A stretch of DNA of 64,000 nt from Octopus vulgaris (GCA_951406725.2 OX597816.1:16430001-16494000), one strand, 5' to 3'. Positions 26,811 through 40,868 are shown, numbered from the stretch's first letter. Notes: generated by a model from the sequence alone, not told the origin. Program-made: numbers and translations.

Positions 26811-28167
26811 CCAAGCAGAGTGTAGGAGAATTTGTGAGGAAAAAAAATCTTGCAAATACACAAATCAATTAACCTACGAGCTGTTCAAAACATCTTACGC
26901 GATGAGAAAACTTAGTACGGTGTGATTTCGGTCCTTGCGAGGCGCTACCTATATCTATTAAACAAAGGAAGATTTGTCTGCATCCGCACTCCAAGTTGTT
27001 GTTGCACTGCTATGTCAACATCATTAGGCTGTAGACTCTCAAACCGCTCTGCAAACAAAGTTACGTCATCGTTCTGCGCAACAGTGAACTCGCAACAAAG
27101 CAATAGTTCGAGATATGGCCACTAGGTGACAGCAAATACCTTGAGTGAAGAGCAAATCAAGGGTGCTAATTAATTTCTGACGGTAGTGTATATACATATA
27201 TATGATGAGCTTCTTTCAGTTTCCATCTACCAAATCCACTCACAAGGCTTTGGTCGGCCCAAGGCTATAGCAGAAGGCACTTGCCCAAGGTGCCACACAG
27301 TGGGAATGAACCCAGAACTATGTGGTTGGTAAGCAAGCTACTTACCACAGAGCCACTCCTATGCCTATGTTTACATACATTCATATGTATTTTTTATCTT
27401 TTATATTTCACTTGTTTCAGTCATTTGGCTGTGGCCATGCTGGAGCACTGTCTTGAAGAATTTTTAGTTGAATGACTCAAACCCAGTACTCATTGTCTTG
27501 TTAAGCCTTGCGCTTATTCTGTCATTCTCTTTCGCTGAACTGCTAAGTTACAGGGACATAAACAAACTAACATTAGTTGTCGAGCAGTGATGGGGAACAA
27601 GCACACACACACATATATGTATGTATATGATGGGCTTCTTTTAGTTTCCATTTACCAAATCCACTGACAAAGCTTTGGTCGGCTGGAGGCTTTAGTAGAA
27701 CACATTTGCCCAAGGTGCTATGCTGTGGGACTGAACCTGCAGCACCATGGTTGGGAAGCTAGCTTCTACTACACAGCCTAACTTGGTACATGCAAAATCA
27801 TATTCATCAAAATTTAAAATTTGTTTTCCATGCTGGCAAGGGTTGGGCAGTTTGACAGGAACTGATGAACCAGAGAGGGCTGCACTGAGCTCCAGTGTCT
27901 GTTCTTTATGGCTGGATGCCCATTCTAATGTTGACATAATGTACTAGATGCTCTGTAGTGATGGGGGCGGGTTAGACAAACACACACACACACACACGTA
28001 CATACATACATACATATGAAGAGCTTCTTTCTACTCAGAAAGCTTTGGTCAGCTTGGGGCTATAGTAAAGACACTTGCCCAAGGTGCCACACAGTGGGAC
28101 TGAGCCCAGAATCATGTGGTTGGGAAGCTAACTTCTTACCGCACAACCACTCCTGCACCTCACCATT

Positions 28168-28607
28168 AAGGCCCAGCTCTGGTGGGTCGGACATGTAGTC
28201 CGAATGGACGACGCGCATCTACCGAAGATGATCTTCTTCTCTGAGCTGGCTTCTGGAGCAAGAAACCCAGGAAGGCCACTGATGCGATACTAGGATAGCC
28301 TGAAGACCTCCCTTGATGCCTGTGGCATTTCAGCTCATGGCTGGGAATCACTTGCCTCTGCCTGCGGCGCTTGGTATCCAGCTGTCCAAAAGGATGTTAG
28401 GTTGTTCAAGGAAAAGTGCCTCAAGAGCCTGGACCAGAAGCGACAAGCCCGAAAAGAGAGGATCCCCAACCTTACTTCTGCTGTTACGTGCCCAACATGT
28501 GGCCGCGTCTGCATATCTGCCTTTGGGTTACGCTCACACCTCCGGTGTCACTGACTTCATCGTTGAACCCCAACAGACTTCCATTATTATCATTATTATT
28601 ATTATTA
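28168..28607 (+). pseudogene. RTE (BovB-like) LINE 3' end, 5'-truncated
   Basis: AQLWWVGHVVRMDDAHLPKMIFFSELASGARNPGRPLMRY*DSLK and terminal TCPTCGRVCISAFGLRSHLRCH*, then a short 3'UTR and (ATT)n tail. Confidence 0.8.
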
Positions 28608-28838
28608 TATATATAAATATAAAGTGTGTGTATGCATAGTCTATCATGTGTATGTGTGTATTTAAATTTATTTGTTCAAAGCTACTTTGCTACTTTTACT
28701 CCAAATATACCAATATGTACTCTATTTATATTATTAGAGATTTTACACATCAAGGAACTGAGTCATGAAATAAAAGTTTTTACTTTGAACTATATAGTAC
28801 ATAAACTGTAGTCTTTTAATGTTATTTGTACATCAAAG

Positions 28839-28891
<53 letters not shown>

Positions 28892-29307
28892 GGGACAGAA
28901 AAGAAAAGTCAGCTACAGTGATAGAGGTTAGCTGCCCTGCAGACATGTACACCTCCTTTAAAATCAGAAACAAAATTTATGGACAACTGCTTTGAAACCT
29001 GCAGTTTGTTTACTCTGATCATAAATTCATGTTTATACTAATAATTATAAGTACACTTGTTCATGTTAGTAAATAACTAAGTGATAACCAGAATGGGCTA
29101 GGATTTTCAAGCAAAGCAAGAGACTAGCTAACACATAGTTTACTGATATAACCAGTAAGTGGAACAATAAATGTGCAATACTTGCCTATGGTTCAATATG
29201 AAACAATTACTATTATTGTTATCCAAATTAGTGATGATGGAGTTTCTGTTTCTTAGTTAGAAAATAGTTCCTTCTTTTTAGGAGTAATTCTCATAAATGA
29301 AAGAATG

Positions 29308-29367
<60 letters not shown>

Positions 29368-29368
<1 letters not shown>

Positions 29369-29752
29369 GTGTAGGAGTGGCTGTGTGGTAAGTAGCTTGC
29401 TTACGAATCACATGGTTCTGGGTTCAGTCCCACTGCATGGCACCTTGGGCAAGTGTCTACTACTATAACCTCAGGACGACCAAAGCCTTGTGAGTGGATT
29501 TGGTAGATGGAAACTGAAAGAAGCCTGTTGTATATACGTATGTTTGTGTGTCTGTGTTTGTCCCCCTAGCATCGCTTGACAACCGATGCTGGTGTCTTTA
29601 CATCCCCGTAACTTAGCAGTTCGACAAAAGAGACTGATAGAATAAGTACTAGGCTTACAAAGAATAAGTCCTGGGGTTGATGTGCTTGACTAAAGGCAGT
29701 GCTCCAGCATGGCCACAGTCAAATGACTGAAACAAGTAAAAGAGTAAAGAGT
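29368..29752 (+). mobile_element. SINE family A, reference full-length copy
   Basis: tRNA-like head (gtggctgtgtggtaag, ggttcagtccc), body, and aagtaaaagagta tail. Other copies lie at about 16771-17153, 30688-31090, 45132-45537, 47511-47898 and 59808-60185 (all minus). Confidence 0.85.
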
Positions 29753-30484
29753 ATCATAGAATCTCGTGTGATTTCAGGCTGGCTGACATCAAAAGGATTA
29801 ACTCTTTTGTTATCATATTTCTGTTGAAATACAGAATTTTGTTTCAATTAATTTAGAAAATACTGAAGGATTTAGCAAAATAACTGTTATTAAGCTGGTG
29901 TTTAGGGCATAAATTGGTTTCAAATTTTCGCACAGGGCTAGCAAGTTTGGGGGTGAATTGTAAATTGATCACATCAACCCCAGTGTGTGACTGGTGCTTA
30001 TTTTATGAGCTCCAAAAATATGAAAGCCAAAGTCAACCCCAGCAGAATTTAAACTCAGAATTCAAAGACAGATGAAATGCTGCTAAACATTTTGTCCAGC
30101 GTGTTATTTGATTCTGCCCACTCGCTGCCTTTATTTGTTTGGAACATAAAATTACTATGGAATTTTGATGCATCATTTTAAAGAGACAAGTTTGTATCAA
30201 AGAATCTGGGATGATCTCAGCCAGGTTGCTATCAAAAGGATTACTCTTTTACTCTTGTTTCAGTCATTTGACTGCGGCCATGCTGGAGAACCACCTTTAG
30301 TCGAGGAAATTGATTCCAGGACTTTTCTTTGTAAGCCTAGTACTTATTCTAGCGGTCTCTTTTGCTGAACTGCTAAGTTACGAGGACATAAACACACCAG
30401 CATCGGTTGTCAAGTGATGTTGGGTGGGGTGGGGTGGGGGACAAACAAAAATATACACATACACACACACATACATATATATAT

Positions 30485-30688
30485 CATGGCAGCCACCATG
30501 ATTGATCGTTAGCCACTACACACATTTTTTTCTCTCCTTGTTTTTTCTGTGTCCCTTTCTGTAGAAGAGCGTAGGCTCGAAATGTAAAAGATTTTTTTCT
30601 CTTCCTGAGCGTTATACTAATACATCTGTTTGTTTTGTACACCACCTGTCTTCGTCTTTTGTTTTTTTCATAAACTCTCCCTATATAC
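30485..30688 (+). mobile_element. Short repeat with hammerhead-like motif (Penelope-LTR-like)
   Basis: cttt-CTGTAGA-agagc-gtag-gctc-GAAA-tGTA-aaag at 30555-30590. The downstream part recurs at ~20896-21005. Confidence 0.55.
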
Positions 30689-31739
30689 TCTTTACTCTTT
30701 TATTTGTTTCAGTCATTTGACTGCGGCCATGCTGGAGCACCGTCTTCAGCTGAGCAACTCGACCCCGGGACTTATTCTTTGTAAGCCCAGTACTTATTCT
30801 ATCGGTCTCTTTTGCCGAACCGCTAAGTGACAGGGACATAAACACACCAGCATCGGTTGTCAAGCAATGCTAGGGGGACAAACACACAAACACACACATA
30901 TATATATATACATACATATATATATACGATGGGCTTCTTTCAGTTTCTATCTACCAAATCCACTCACAAGGCTTTGGTCAACTCGAGGCTATAGTAGAAA
31001 ACACTTGCCCAAGGTGCCAAGCAATGGGACTGAACCTGGAACCATGTAGTTCATAAGCAAGCTACTTACCACACAGCCACTCCTACACCTATAAATATGC
31101 TTTACTTAAAAGCAAAGGTTCTCAGTGATTAGATGCAAAGACATTTTTGGTGCCCGTCCATAATTAACTCTTGATAAATCCAGCTAATTAAAGAGTATAA
31201 TAAGCCAAAGGAAATTTTGTATAGTACTTGAAGGTGGGGGGGGGGGGTTCACGCCTCCTCCTCCTCTTGCTTTTCTCCTGCTGTTATAAGTTGTTTTGTA
31301 AACTTATTTAACTAACTGAAATAAGTGTCTGATGAATGCCGCTTCGCATTATTATTATTATTATTGAATATGATCGACATCAGTTCTGTTTGCGTTTATA
31401 GCTCGCCTAATTTTTATACCTTGTGGTGAGTAGATAGGTCAGCTTATGTGGCTAGTATAGGTCTCGGTCTGATTTTTAAGCCAAACATTTTTGTGGTCAT
31501 TTATCTGCCAGACTGAATAATATACTGGAATTTATGGCAGCCGGTATAACCAAAAGTAAACATTGTTAGCAGAGATGAAGTAAATGATGTTTTGTCTGAT
31601 GAGAAGGCAAGTAACAATTTAACATAAAGTAATGAACAGCTTCAAAGCAATCATCAATCAGTTTGTTTTAAGAGCAATCAAATAAATTCACCATCAACAA
31701 TTTATCAAATGTTCCAAAATATATAAAAGAGAAGAGAAG

Positions 31740-31856
31740 ACAGAAAAACGAAATATCATTTTATTTGTTTCATTTCATTTCCCCCACACTCCTTTTCACA
31801 GAAATTTCAAAGGTGTGTTCACATCATCATCGTCGTCGTCGTCGTCGTCATCATAG

Positions 31857-31890
<34 letters not shown>

Positions 31891-32067
31891 TGACATTTGC
31901 TCTTTATTAAGAAAAACATTAAACTTTCAAAGCTGCGGGGAGATAAGACAATCCCCCTCGTAGCTGCTAGTTTGTACATTTGTAATGATCTCTGAAAGAT
32001 CAAATTTCCATCCACACACACACACACACATACACTAACACACGAATGCACACACTCACACACACAC

Positions 32068-32098
<31 letters not shown>

Positions 32099-32147
32099 CA
32101 TACATATATATATCTATATATACATATATGTGTATGTGTGTGTATAA

Positions 32148-32190
<43 letters not shown>

Positions 32191-33206
32191 GATACATGGT
32201 ATGTATGTGTATATATGTATACAAACATATACACATACATATGTATATACATTTATAGATATACATACACACATATATTTATATGCATATACTTACATAT
32301 ATATATAAATGCAAATATATGTGTGTGAGTGTGTGTATATGTGTGTATGTATGTATATATGTGTGTATGTATGTATATATATATGTATGTATGTATGTAC
32401 ATATATGTATGTATATCTTTAGGTAGATTTATTCATTGGTGTGCAAGGATTTGAGTTTGATATTAAAAATGATGTTGATAATTGCAAGATTGTTTTTCTT
32501 TTTTTTTTTCATTGAATTAGAACTCTTGTGAATATATACTGACTGTAATAACAAGAAAAAATACAAAACTCAACAGAAATGCAATATTCAAAGACATTGT
32601 AATCCTTTCCAGAATGTTCTTTGTTATTATCATTTTTAATTTTTTTTTTTTAGCAAAATGGAATTATATGATCATTGATTTGGTGAGTTTAAATTAAAGG
32701 ATAAAAAATTGAAAATTGCTTGTATTTGTATGTTGTAAAATAAAACAGAGATAAAAGATAAATGAAAGTAGAAACCCTTTGGTGTGTATGTGTACACACA
32801 CAATCATACACACACACACTCATAATGTATATATATATATATATATATACATATATATATAGAAACATTTATATACATATTTATATATATGTATATATAT
32901 TTATATATATGTATATATATTTATATATATATACATATAAACATGTATATATATTTATGTATATATATACATATATATAAACATGTATATATATACATAT
33001 ATATACATGTTTATATATATGTATGTTCATCATCGTGGAAAGCGGACGCTAAATGATGGTGAACATACATATATATAAACATGTATATATATGTATATAT
33101 ATATATATTTATATAAACATGTATATATATATATATATATTTATATAAACATGTATATATATACATACATATATAAACATGTATATATATATATATTTAT
33201 ATAAAC

Positions 33207-33240
<34 letters not shown>

Positions 33241-36200
33241 ATTTATATATATATATTTATATATGTAAACAGGTATATATATTTATATATGTAAACATGT
33301 ATATTTATATATAAACATGTATATATATTTATATGTAAACATGTATATTTATATATAAACATGTATATATATTTATATATAAACATGTATATATATAAAC
33401 ATATATATACATACATGTATATATATATATATATATAAACATATGCATACATATATATAAACATATGCATACATATATATATATACATATATATATATAT
33501 AAATATATGTACATACATATTTATATATAAATATATGTACATACATATTTATATATAAATATGTGTACATACATATTTATATATAAATATATGTACATAT
33601 ATATATATACATACATACATATAAAAACTTACATATACACACATATATTGCAGAAAAATAAAAGAAATACAACATATGCATATGTATACTAATTTTTGAG
33701 TTGGTAATATTTCTTACTGATTAAACAGGGGGTGGAAAAAAAGGTAATCTTTGATGAAATTGGCTGATTCGTTAATGAACATGCCAACGGGAGGAAACTA
33801 AACACTTTCTTTTTTTTTTTTTAAGTGAAATAAACAAAAACTCCTGCCCCAAAAATATATAAAAACAAATTAAGTAACCTTCCCTGATTCAACATAGTTT
33901 ACTTAGTAACAGTCTGAAATATTCGGATACAAACAGTCAGATTTTTTTTTGTATATTTTAGTTTAATGTTTAAATTGATTAACAAATGTGGAGGCATACA
34001 TCTTTCCATTAGTGCTAACCCCCGTAGTTTTTGGATTAATGAACAAAATCTGTAATGAGTTCTGTTTCAGATCAGCTCACTCAAAGCACAATTCTCCACT
34101 ACACACCTGAGTTGTGCTTTACCAGGTACGAAGGGTGCTAAATGGATTTTGTATCCATCATCATCATCTTGTGTATCTTTAAAGATCTCTGAGCTGTATT
34201 GAACCATTGATTGGCTCATTGGATTGATTTGGGAGGAATCATGTAGCTGATGGGATTATTTATTCACAATAGCTTTTAAATTAACAAAAAAAAAAAAAAT
34301 AGGAATGATAGAAAGGAAATTTCCACATATGAGGTTTGCCACAAATCACTGGAATTGGAATAAATTGGTAAACTTAAGCTAAAACTGATTAAAAATATCT
34401 AAACTTTAATATGAAATAATAATTAAAAAAAAACAACAACCTATCCAGTTATGCTTAAGTGTAAAATAAAATATGTTGGAGTAATAACATATTTATTATT
34501 TAAACACTTTGATCTTAAAAAAAAAATCCTTAGAGTTAAGGGTCCTTCCAGCTCTTAAGACTTTATTTTCATGATTATGTATATATGAACATACATTAGG
34601 GCAGTTTGAATCAAAAAATATACTAGATTTCATATGTGAAATTTGTAGGTGATAAAAGGGAGCAATCAATATAATTCCTTACCACATGTAATAACTGCTG
34701 ATTCATTCAGCATGCTAATAATCCTTTGATTTGGTTCCAGTTGCCTTTTTTTTTTTTTTCAATCGTTTCAAGTTTATTGAAATCAAATTGTATAATATAG
34801 TTTTCCTTTTCCATTTTCAATAAGGTCACAGTCAAAACCAAGTTCTTAGGAATTTCATGATTAGTTTTACATAAAGTGCGATTGATCCATTGGCTTTCCA
34901 TACATATCTTTTTTCTTCTTCTTTTTTTTTGTTTCTGACGGTCTTCTCTTCACCACTGCTAAGGATATTATGCAGAGACATATTATCCATATCTATCTGT
35001 CTATATGTATCTTCATACATATATATTTTGTGAAACAGTAGCATCTGAGGAAGTTAGTGATGGTCTGCGCTGGCAAATAGCCATACAAAATGTCTAAGCA
35101 GTGGAATAAATTTAATGCTGTGAGGAACAGTAAATAACACATTTGTCTCACTCAGATGAAGGGTTTTTGCCCAAAATGTTAGAAAACTTCTTTTCTTTCT
35201 CACTGCATAAAATTTATTCCACAGTTTGAACATTTTTATATAGGTATATGTTTATTCAACAAACATATCTGTACTTGGTATAGCATAAATCTAAAAGATA
35301 ATCTTAGAAATTCTTGTTTATTTTTTTTTTTTAGTTAATAAGATTTTCATATTCGAATTCAAGAATTTGATCCTATAGAATTGAAATTTTGTTTGTTTAT
35401 TAAGAAATGGAAACCATTTCTACCTGTCTCGGAAATAAACTTAGTTACTTACTTTTTATAATGATATTCATTTATTTTCATAATGCAATGAAAAATGTCC
35501 CTAGATTATTATTATTATCATCATTTGTTTTGTTTTCATTCATTTCTTATTTCTTTGTTCATATTCCCTGTGGTGAGTTTTACCATTTATGGAGAACCAC
35601 CATGGTTAGACATTGCTTTTGAAGAATGATTTCCTCTTCAAAGAGTTTTGCATACAATACACGGAGTTCTGGTTTTGTTTAGGAATTTTGAATTATTTTC
35701 CAAATACTATTTTATTTTAAATGTTATCTCAGACATTTCTTAAAGAAAGAAATATCAGATAAATGTTAAATTAACAAGAGAAAAACGAAATATTCTTTTC
35801 ATATTCTTTAAACTGAGTTATAATAAAAATGGTAAAGTTATTCTTTTTATTTGTTTATTGTTTCATTACTGAGATATAGGCTCCAGCTTGAAGTTATTTT
35901 CTTTATTTTCAAGACAATGACACCCAACCTTTTTTAAAGAAATTATTGGCAATATTTCCAAACATCTCCTCAGCAGATAAAATATCATTAATTTTGTGGG
36001 AAATAAAGAGTCTGTTTGGTTATGGCAAGAAATTTCAATGAAAAGAAAAAAAAAAAAGGGAAAAAATTTAAGCCTTTTGAAATATTTTTCTTGTGGAAAG
36101 TTATGTACGATGGGAGTTTATGTATTACACATTTAATAGAAATTCCTGGTAAAAGATTTATATTTATAAACACAAACATATTTACATACTGAGTTTTTCT

Positions 36201-37064
36201 TATACACATGTACAAAAATACACAGACTAGTACATATAGTTTGAAAATATCTTTCTATCTTAACAGTATAATAGAGAGATACTCAAGTTAATTCTGTAAT
36301 ACCATAAAAGCTATTTTCCTATTTAAATGTTTAATAAATAAATCTAAAATAAGTTTCTATAAGAAGTATGTCAGCTTTGTATCTGTTTGGTATTAAGTAT
36401 ATTTGAAATCCAATGTAAAGATAACTAGACAGTAAATGAGGGAATTAGGAAGGACTCTGAAATTCTTTATATGGGATTTCAATTATTATTAAAGGACCTC
36501 AAGATTGACACTAATTTACAGAAGTATTTCAAAGATACTATTTCATAGATACTCCGTGAGAGATGAATTTTCATTTTTTTTGTTTTTTAAGAATTTAATG
36601 TTTGGTAAATTACAACCTTAAAATCAAGGTCTGTAATAACATCATGATTAAAAACAAAAACGAAACCTTTGAGAAAAATGAATACAGAATTGTGTATAAA
36701 GTTTGATATGATCAATGAAAGTATAATGGAAGTTCTAATTCTTATTGTCATTGAAAGAATTACCAGATAAAGACTTTGGGTTTTGATAGAGTTGAAACAT
36801 AACATCGGGTAGTTGCAATCTGCATTGGTAGATTCAGGAATCAACTCAGTTCCAGTGGCCATGTATGTTTTCATTGAGGGAAGACAGGCTGTGAGCAGAC
36901 CAACTGATACACTTTGAACAATGAAAGAAAACTTCACATGGAATGTCAATATCTGAAAATTATTGATTTTTTCAGTTTTGCTCATTATCTCTTTGATTGA
37001 GAAGACTTACCTTCTGTTCTTTCTCATTTGGACAATAAAATATATCTACATGATCAACTAACTT
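31740..37064 (-). other. Putative long 3'UTR of the kinase gene
   Basis: AT-rich stretch lacking the three SINE-like families that saturate the rest of the window. Several minus-strand AATAAA hexamers occur; the one at 31760-31765 is followed by a U/pyrimidine-rich tract. The extent is inferred. Confidence 0.45.
32820..33650 (+). repeat. (TA)n-rich minisatellite with aaacatg punctuation
   Basis: Read directly. Confidence 0.9.
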
Positions 37065-37596
37065 TCATACTGATGTTACAGTCTGACATAATTCACGTGA
37101 CACTTCACTAACTTGGTCAGAAACATTACTGCTCTCAACCTTATTGTCTATAGGTACAGAAGAAGGTGCTTGCATTCGAATCTGTGGTGAGCTCATATGA
37201 AAATTTTGTACTGTCATCACAACAGACCCTCGAGAGTTATTAAATGGAGCAATTGAACTGTTACTGCGTGGCCGGCCAAATAAGTGGCCGCCTGATTTGT
37301 GAGCTTTAGCAGATAGTTTTCCCCCAGGGCTATTTTTCCGTAACATTGTGCTGACTTCTGAGGTAGCCCCTGGGGACGTCTGGAGTAAAGTGTGTGAGGT
37401 GTTATGACTTAGGGATGTTTGACCAGATTGTTGTGCAATCTCAATTGAATAAGTTCCTTCTAAAGCAACACTAGACGAAGGAACATCTAAACAAGGCTGT
37501 AAATATTCAGTGTTTTCTGAAAATGCTTGTAAAATGTCATCCAATTTTATGCGTTCTGATGGATTGAAAGCCATACAAGAATAAATCAGTGTTCGT
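37065..37596 (-). CDS. VKR: RTK/VKR-like terminal coding exon: subdomain XI plus Ser/Thr-rich C-terminal tail, TGA stop
   Basis: Acceptor tttcAG at 37597-98. GT+A completes Val, then RTLIYSCMAFNPSERIKLDDILQAF...PCLDVPSSSV...CQTVTSV*. Extends ORF 37065..37574 upstream. Confidence 0.9.
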
Positions 37597-40207
37597 CTGA
37601 AATAGAAAAGAAAGTGCTTTAGTATTCACAATAACCAGAATAAAGAATTTTATTTCGGAATATTCAAAATATGGTTTTCGATTGAAGTAACAAATTAAAT
37701 AGGCTAAATTTTTTCCATTTTGTGCTTGAATTGAAAATATTTATGAAATTGCTATGAAATCTGAAATGTGAGAAATTTGAATTGTCAATTTGACAGCCAC
37801 GAAGGCTGTAATCAAAAACCGTACTGCCTTTCATTTTAAATACAACAGCAGATAATAGAATTGTCATTTTCTGTCAGTGGTAAAGATGTCAGGACTTGAA
37901 AGATTACACTTTGAAAATACATTAAAATAGTCATTTCTAATATAATAAGTGACTTTAAGAAATCATAATATTTACCATTACAAAAGGAAGTTGATCTTCC
38001 TGCTTGTCAAATGTAATAGAGGTTTTTATAAGATTTTCATCTTTTTAGAAGGAATTTGAAAAATGCTTGATGTACACTTGAGTGCATATATTCTAGATAC
38101 ATCCATAAACGCAATACACACATATATGCGTACACACACACCCTTTCAAATACACTTAATTTTGTATGCTTAGATAAAAATCTGTATCATAAATAATAGT
38201 TTTAGGTTAGATATTCCAAATGGAAAAGTGATTTGTAATTGGAAACCTCAACTTAAAATATAGTTTTCTATAAATATATAAATAATACATGACTAAATAA
38301 ATATTTGAACACAAGAAAGCAGAAGATTTTTACTTTATGTATATTAGATATATTATTATAAAAACAGAGACATGTGAGCTGCAAATAGAAAGAAAAACAA
38401 CAAAACAGTTTGAAATACAAGAATTATCAAAGATATGAATATATTTATTTCAAGGAATATCTTGAATATTTCATGCTTCATTTCATGCATCTAGCAATTT
38501 CTATTGAATAGAAATTATACTTTTGGATAACTGGATAATATTAAAAGGACTGTTTTCGTTTTGTTTTCGCATTTTATTTTATTGTAATGCTTGCAAAAAG
38601 TTCTTAGTTGTTTTAAATTTTGAAATTATTTTCTTTTATGTTTAAATACTTTTTTAAAAGTTTTCAAACAGATAATCTGTTATTTGCTGTATTTAGAATT
38701 TTATCTTTCTTATATATATATATAGAGAGTTGTTGCAGAAAATCATGACGTAGTTGTACATTTTATTTCGATAAGTTGCACAGCAAAATAAACAGCAAGT
38801 TTATTAGTTTTAAAATAGGAACTATATGCTTCTGTAAATTCCTGTCAATATGTAACAAGACATTTTAATTCTTCTTAATGTATTTCTAAAGTCCTTGAAG
38901 TTGTTTGAACTTGCTATTTTTTTCCTTTTCAATTTCAAAGGATGTAAAACTGTTAAAAAAATAATAAGGGATATATCTGGTGACTAAGATGAATGAGGAA
39001 GAAAAACTCAAACAATTCACTGAACAAATGGAAAAGTCAGCTTTTTTTTTTCTCGCTAAGTAATTGACAATACTTGAAAGCATGTTTCATAAAGTTGGCT
39101 TTCCTGAATATCAAACAAAACTACTACTTATATTTCTGATTGAAATGTTTTGAAGATGTAACGTTGTGTACACAGAGAGTGGGCTGCAACTTACTGTATG
39201 AGTAGTGCTTCTGTAAATGTAAAAACCCATGACATACAGAGGAGAGTGTTTTCATGTAGAATAAGAAGCACCAGACTTGTAGAACGAGAGGGACATTATG
39301 TGTTGAGTAGAACATCTTGGAAGAAAAAAAAGTGCCTTACATGCTGAATAATGTGCTTTACATTTCAAGCTCTTTATATTTGTGTAGTAAGTTGGAGGAC
39401 TGACAGTATCATTAACATGTCAGATAAAATGCTTAGCAACATTTCTTCCACCTTTTTATGTTCTGAATTCAAATTTCAGTGAGGTCAAATTTGCCTTTAA
39501 TCACTTGGGGGGGGGGGGGGATGATAAAATAAAGTACCAGTCAATAAAGTACTGTGGCCATGCTGGGGCACTGCTTTGAAGAGTATTGATTGAAGAAATT
39601 GACCCCAATACTCAATTTTTTTTAAAAGTCCTGTTATTAGTTTTTTTTTTTTTGCCACACTGCTAAGGTACAAGAATATAAACAAACCAACACCAGTTGT
39701 TGAGCAGTGGTGGACAAACACAAACACACACTCTTTTATTCTTTTATTTGTTCCAGTCATTTGACTGTGGCCATGCTGGAGCACCACCTTTAGTCGAACA
39801 AATCGACACCAGGACTTATTTTTTGTAAGCCTAGTACTTATTCTATTGATATCTTTTGTCAAGCTGCTAAGTTACGGGTATGTAAACACACCAATATCGA
39901 TTGTCAAGCAATGGTAGGGGAGCAAACACAGACATACAAACATATACATATATATATTTTTAAATGTGTAGAGGTAACAGATTTAATGTTAATTTAATTT
40001 TATTAATAGCTCTTTTCTCTCTACATATTCGATTTTAGTACATATTTTTGAAAAGGTTTTTCCAAAACCGAAACATGTAAAACAAAACCAAAACATTCTT
40101 CTTTTAATGTATTTATATAAAGGAAAATTAAAATTTACCCAATTTTAAGAAAGTAGCATTTTCGTTCTTTTCCATAAATATATATGTATATATATATATA
40201 TATATAC

Positions 40208-40868
40208 AATGAGCTTCTTTCAGTTTCTGTCAACTGAATCCACTCACAAGGCTTTGGTCAGCCCCATGCTGTAGTAGAAGATACTTGCCCAATATGCCAC
40301 GCAGTGGGACTGAACCCAGAACCATGTGGTTGGGAAGCAAGCTTCTTACCACACAGCCATACCTGTGCCTACATAAATTCACAGCAGCTTCTTTCAGTTT
40401 CCATCAATTAAATCCACTCACAAGGTTTTGGTCAGCACGAGGCATAGTAGAAGACACCTACCCAAAGTGCCACACAATGGGACTGAACCCAGAATCATGT
40501 GGTTGGGAAGTAAGCTTCTTACCACACGGCCATGCCTCTGCCTACATAAACTCACAACAGCTTCTTTCAGTTTCCATCTATTAAATCCACTCACAAGACT
40601 TTGGTTGGCCCTAGGCTATAGTAGACGACATTTACCCAAGGTTCCACACAGTGGGACTGAACCCAGAACCATGTGGTTGGGAAGCAAGCTTCTTATTACA
40701 CGGCCATGCCTGTGCCTACATAAATTCACAGCAGCTTCTTTCAGTTTCCGTCTATTAAATCTACTCACAAGGCTTTGGTCAGCACGAGGCATAGTAGAAG
40801 ACACTTACCCAAGGTGCCACACAATGGGACTGAACCTGGAACCATGTGGTTGGTAAGCAAGCTTCTTC
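40208..40868 (-). repeat. Tandem array (~3.7 x ~178 bp) of SINE A heads
   Basis: Repeated gcttctttcagtttcc...gtagaagacac...gggactgaacccagaaccatgtggttggg...gcctacataaattcacagca units. Confidence 0.9.

Larger units (their letters stand above)
25480..27188 (-). mobile_element. Near full-length Tc1 (DD34E) DNA transposon, inserted into a SINE A copy
   Basis: 26-bp TIRs cacttgcgtcggaaattaattagcac / gtgctaattaatttctgacggtagtg (3 mismatches), TA on both sides. The host SINE resumes on each flank. Confidence 0.93.

Noticed and set aside
36587-36985. 132-aa ORF just downstream of the kinase stop
   Set aside because: AT-rich, no recognisable motif, not needed by the splice model; probably chance within the 3'UTR.
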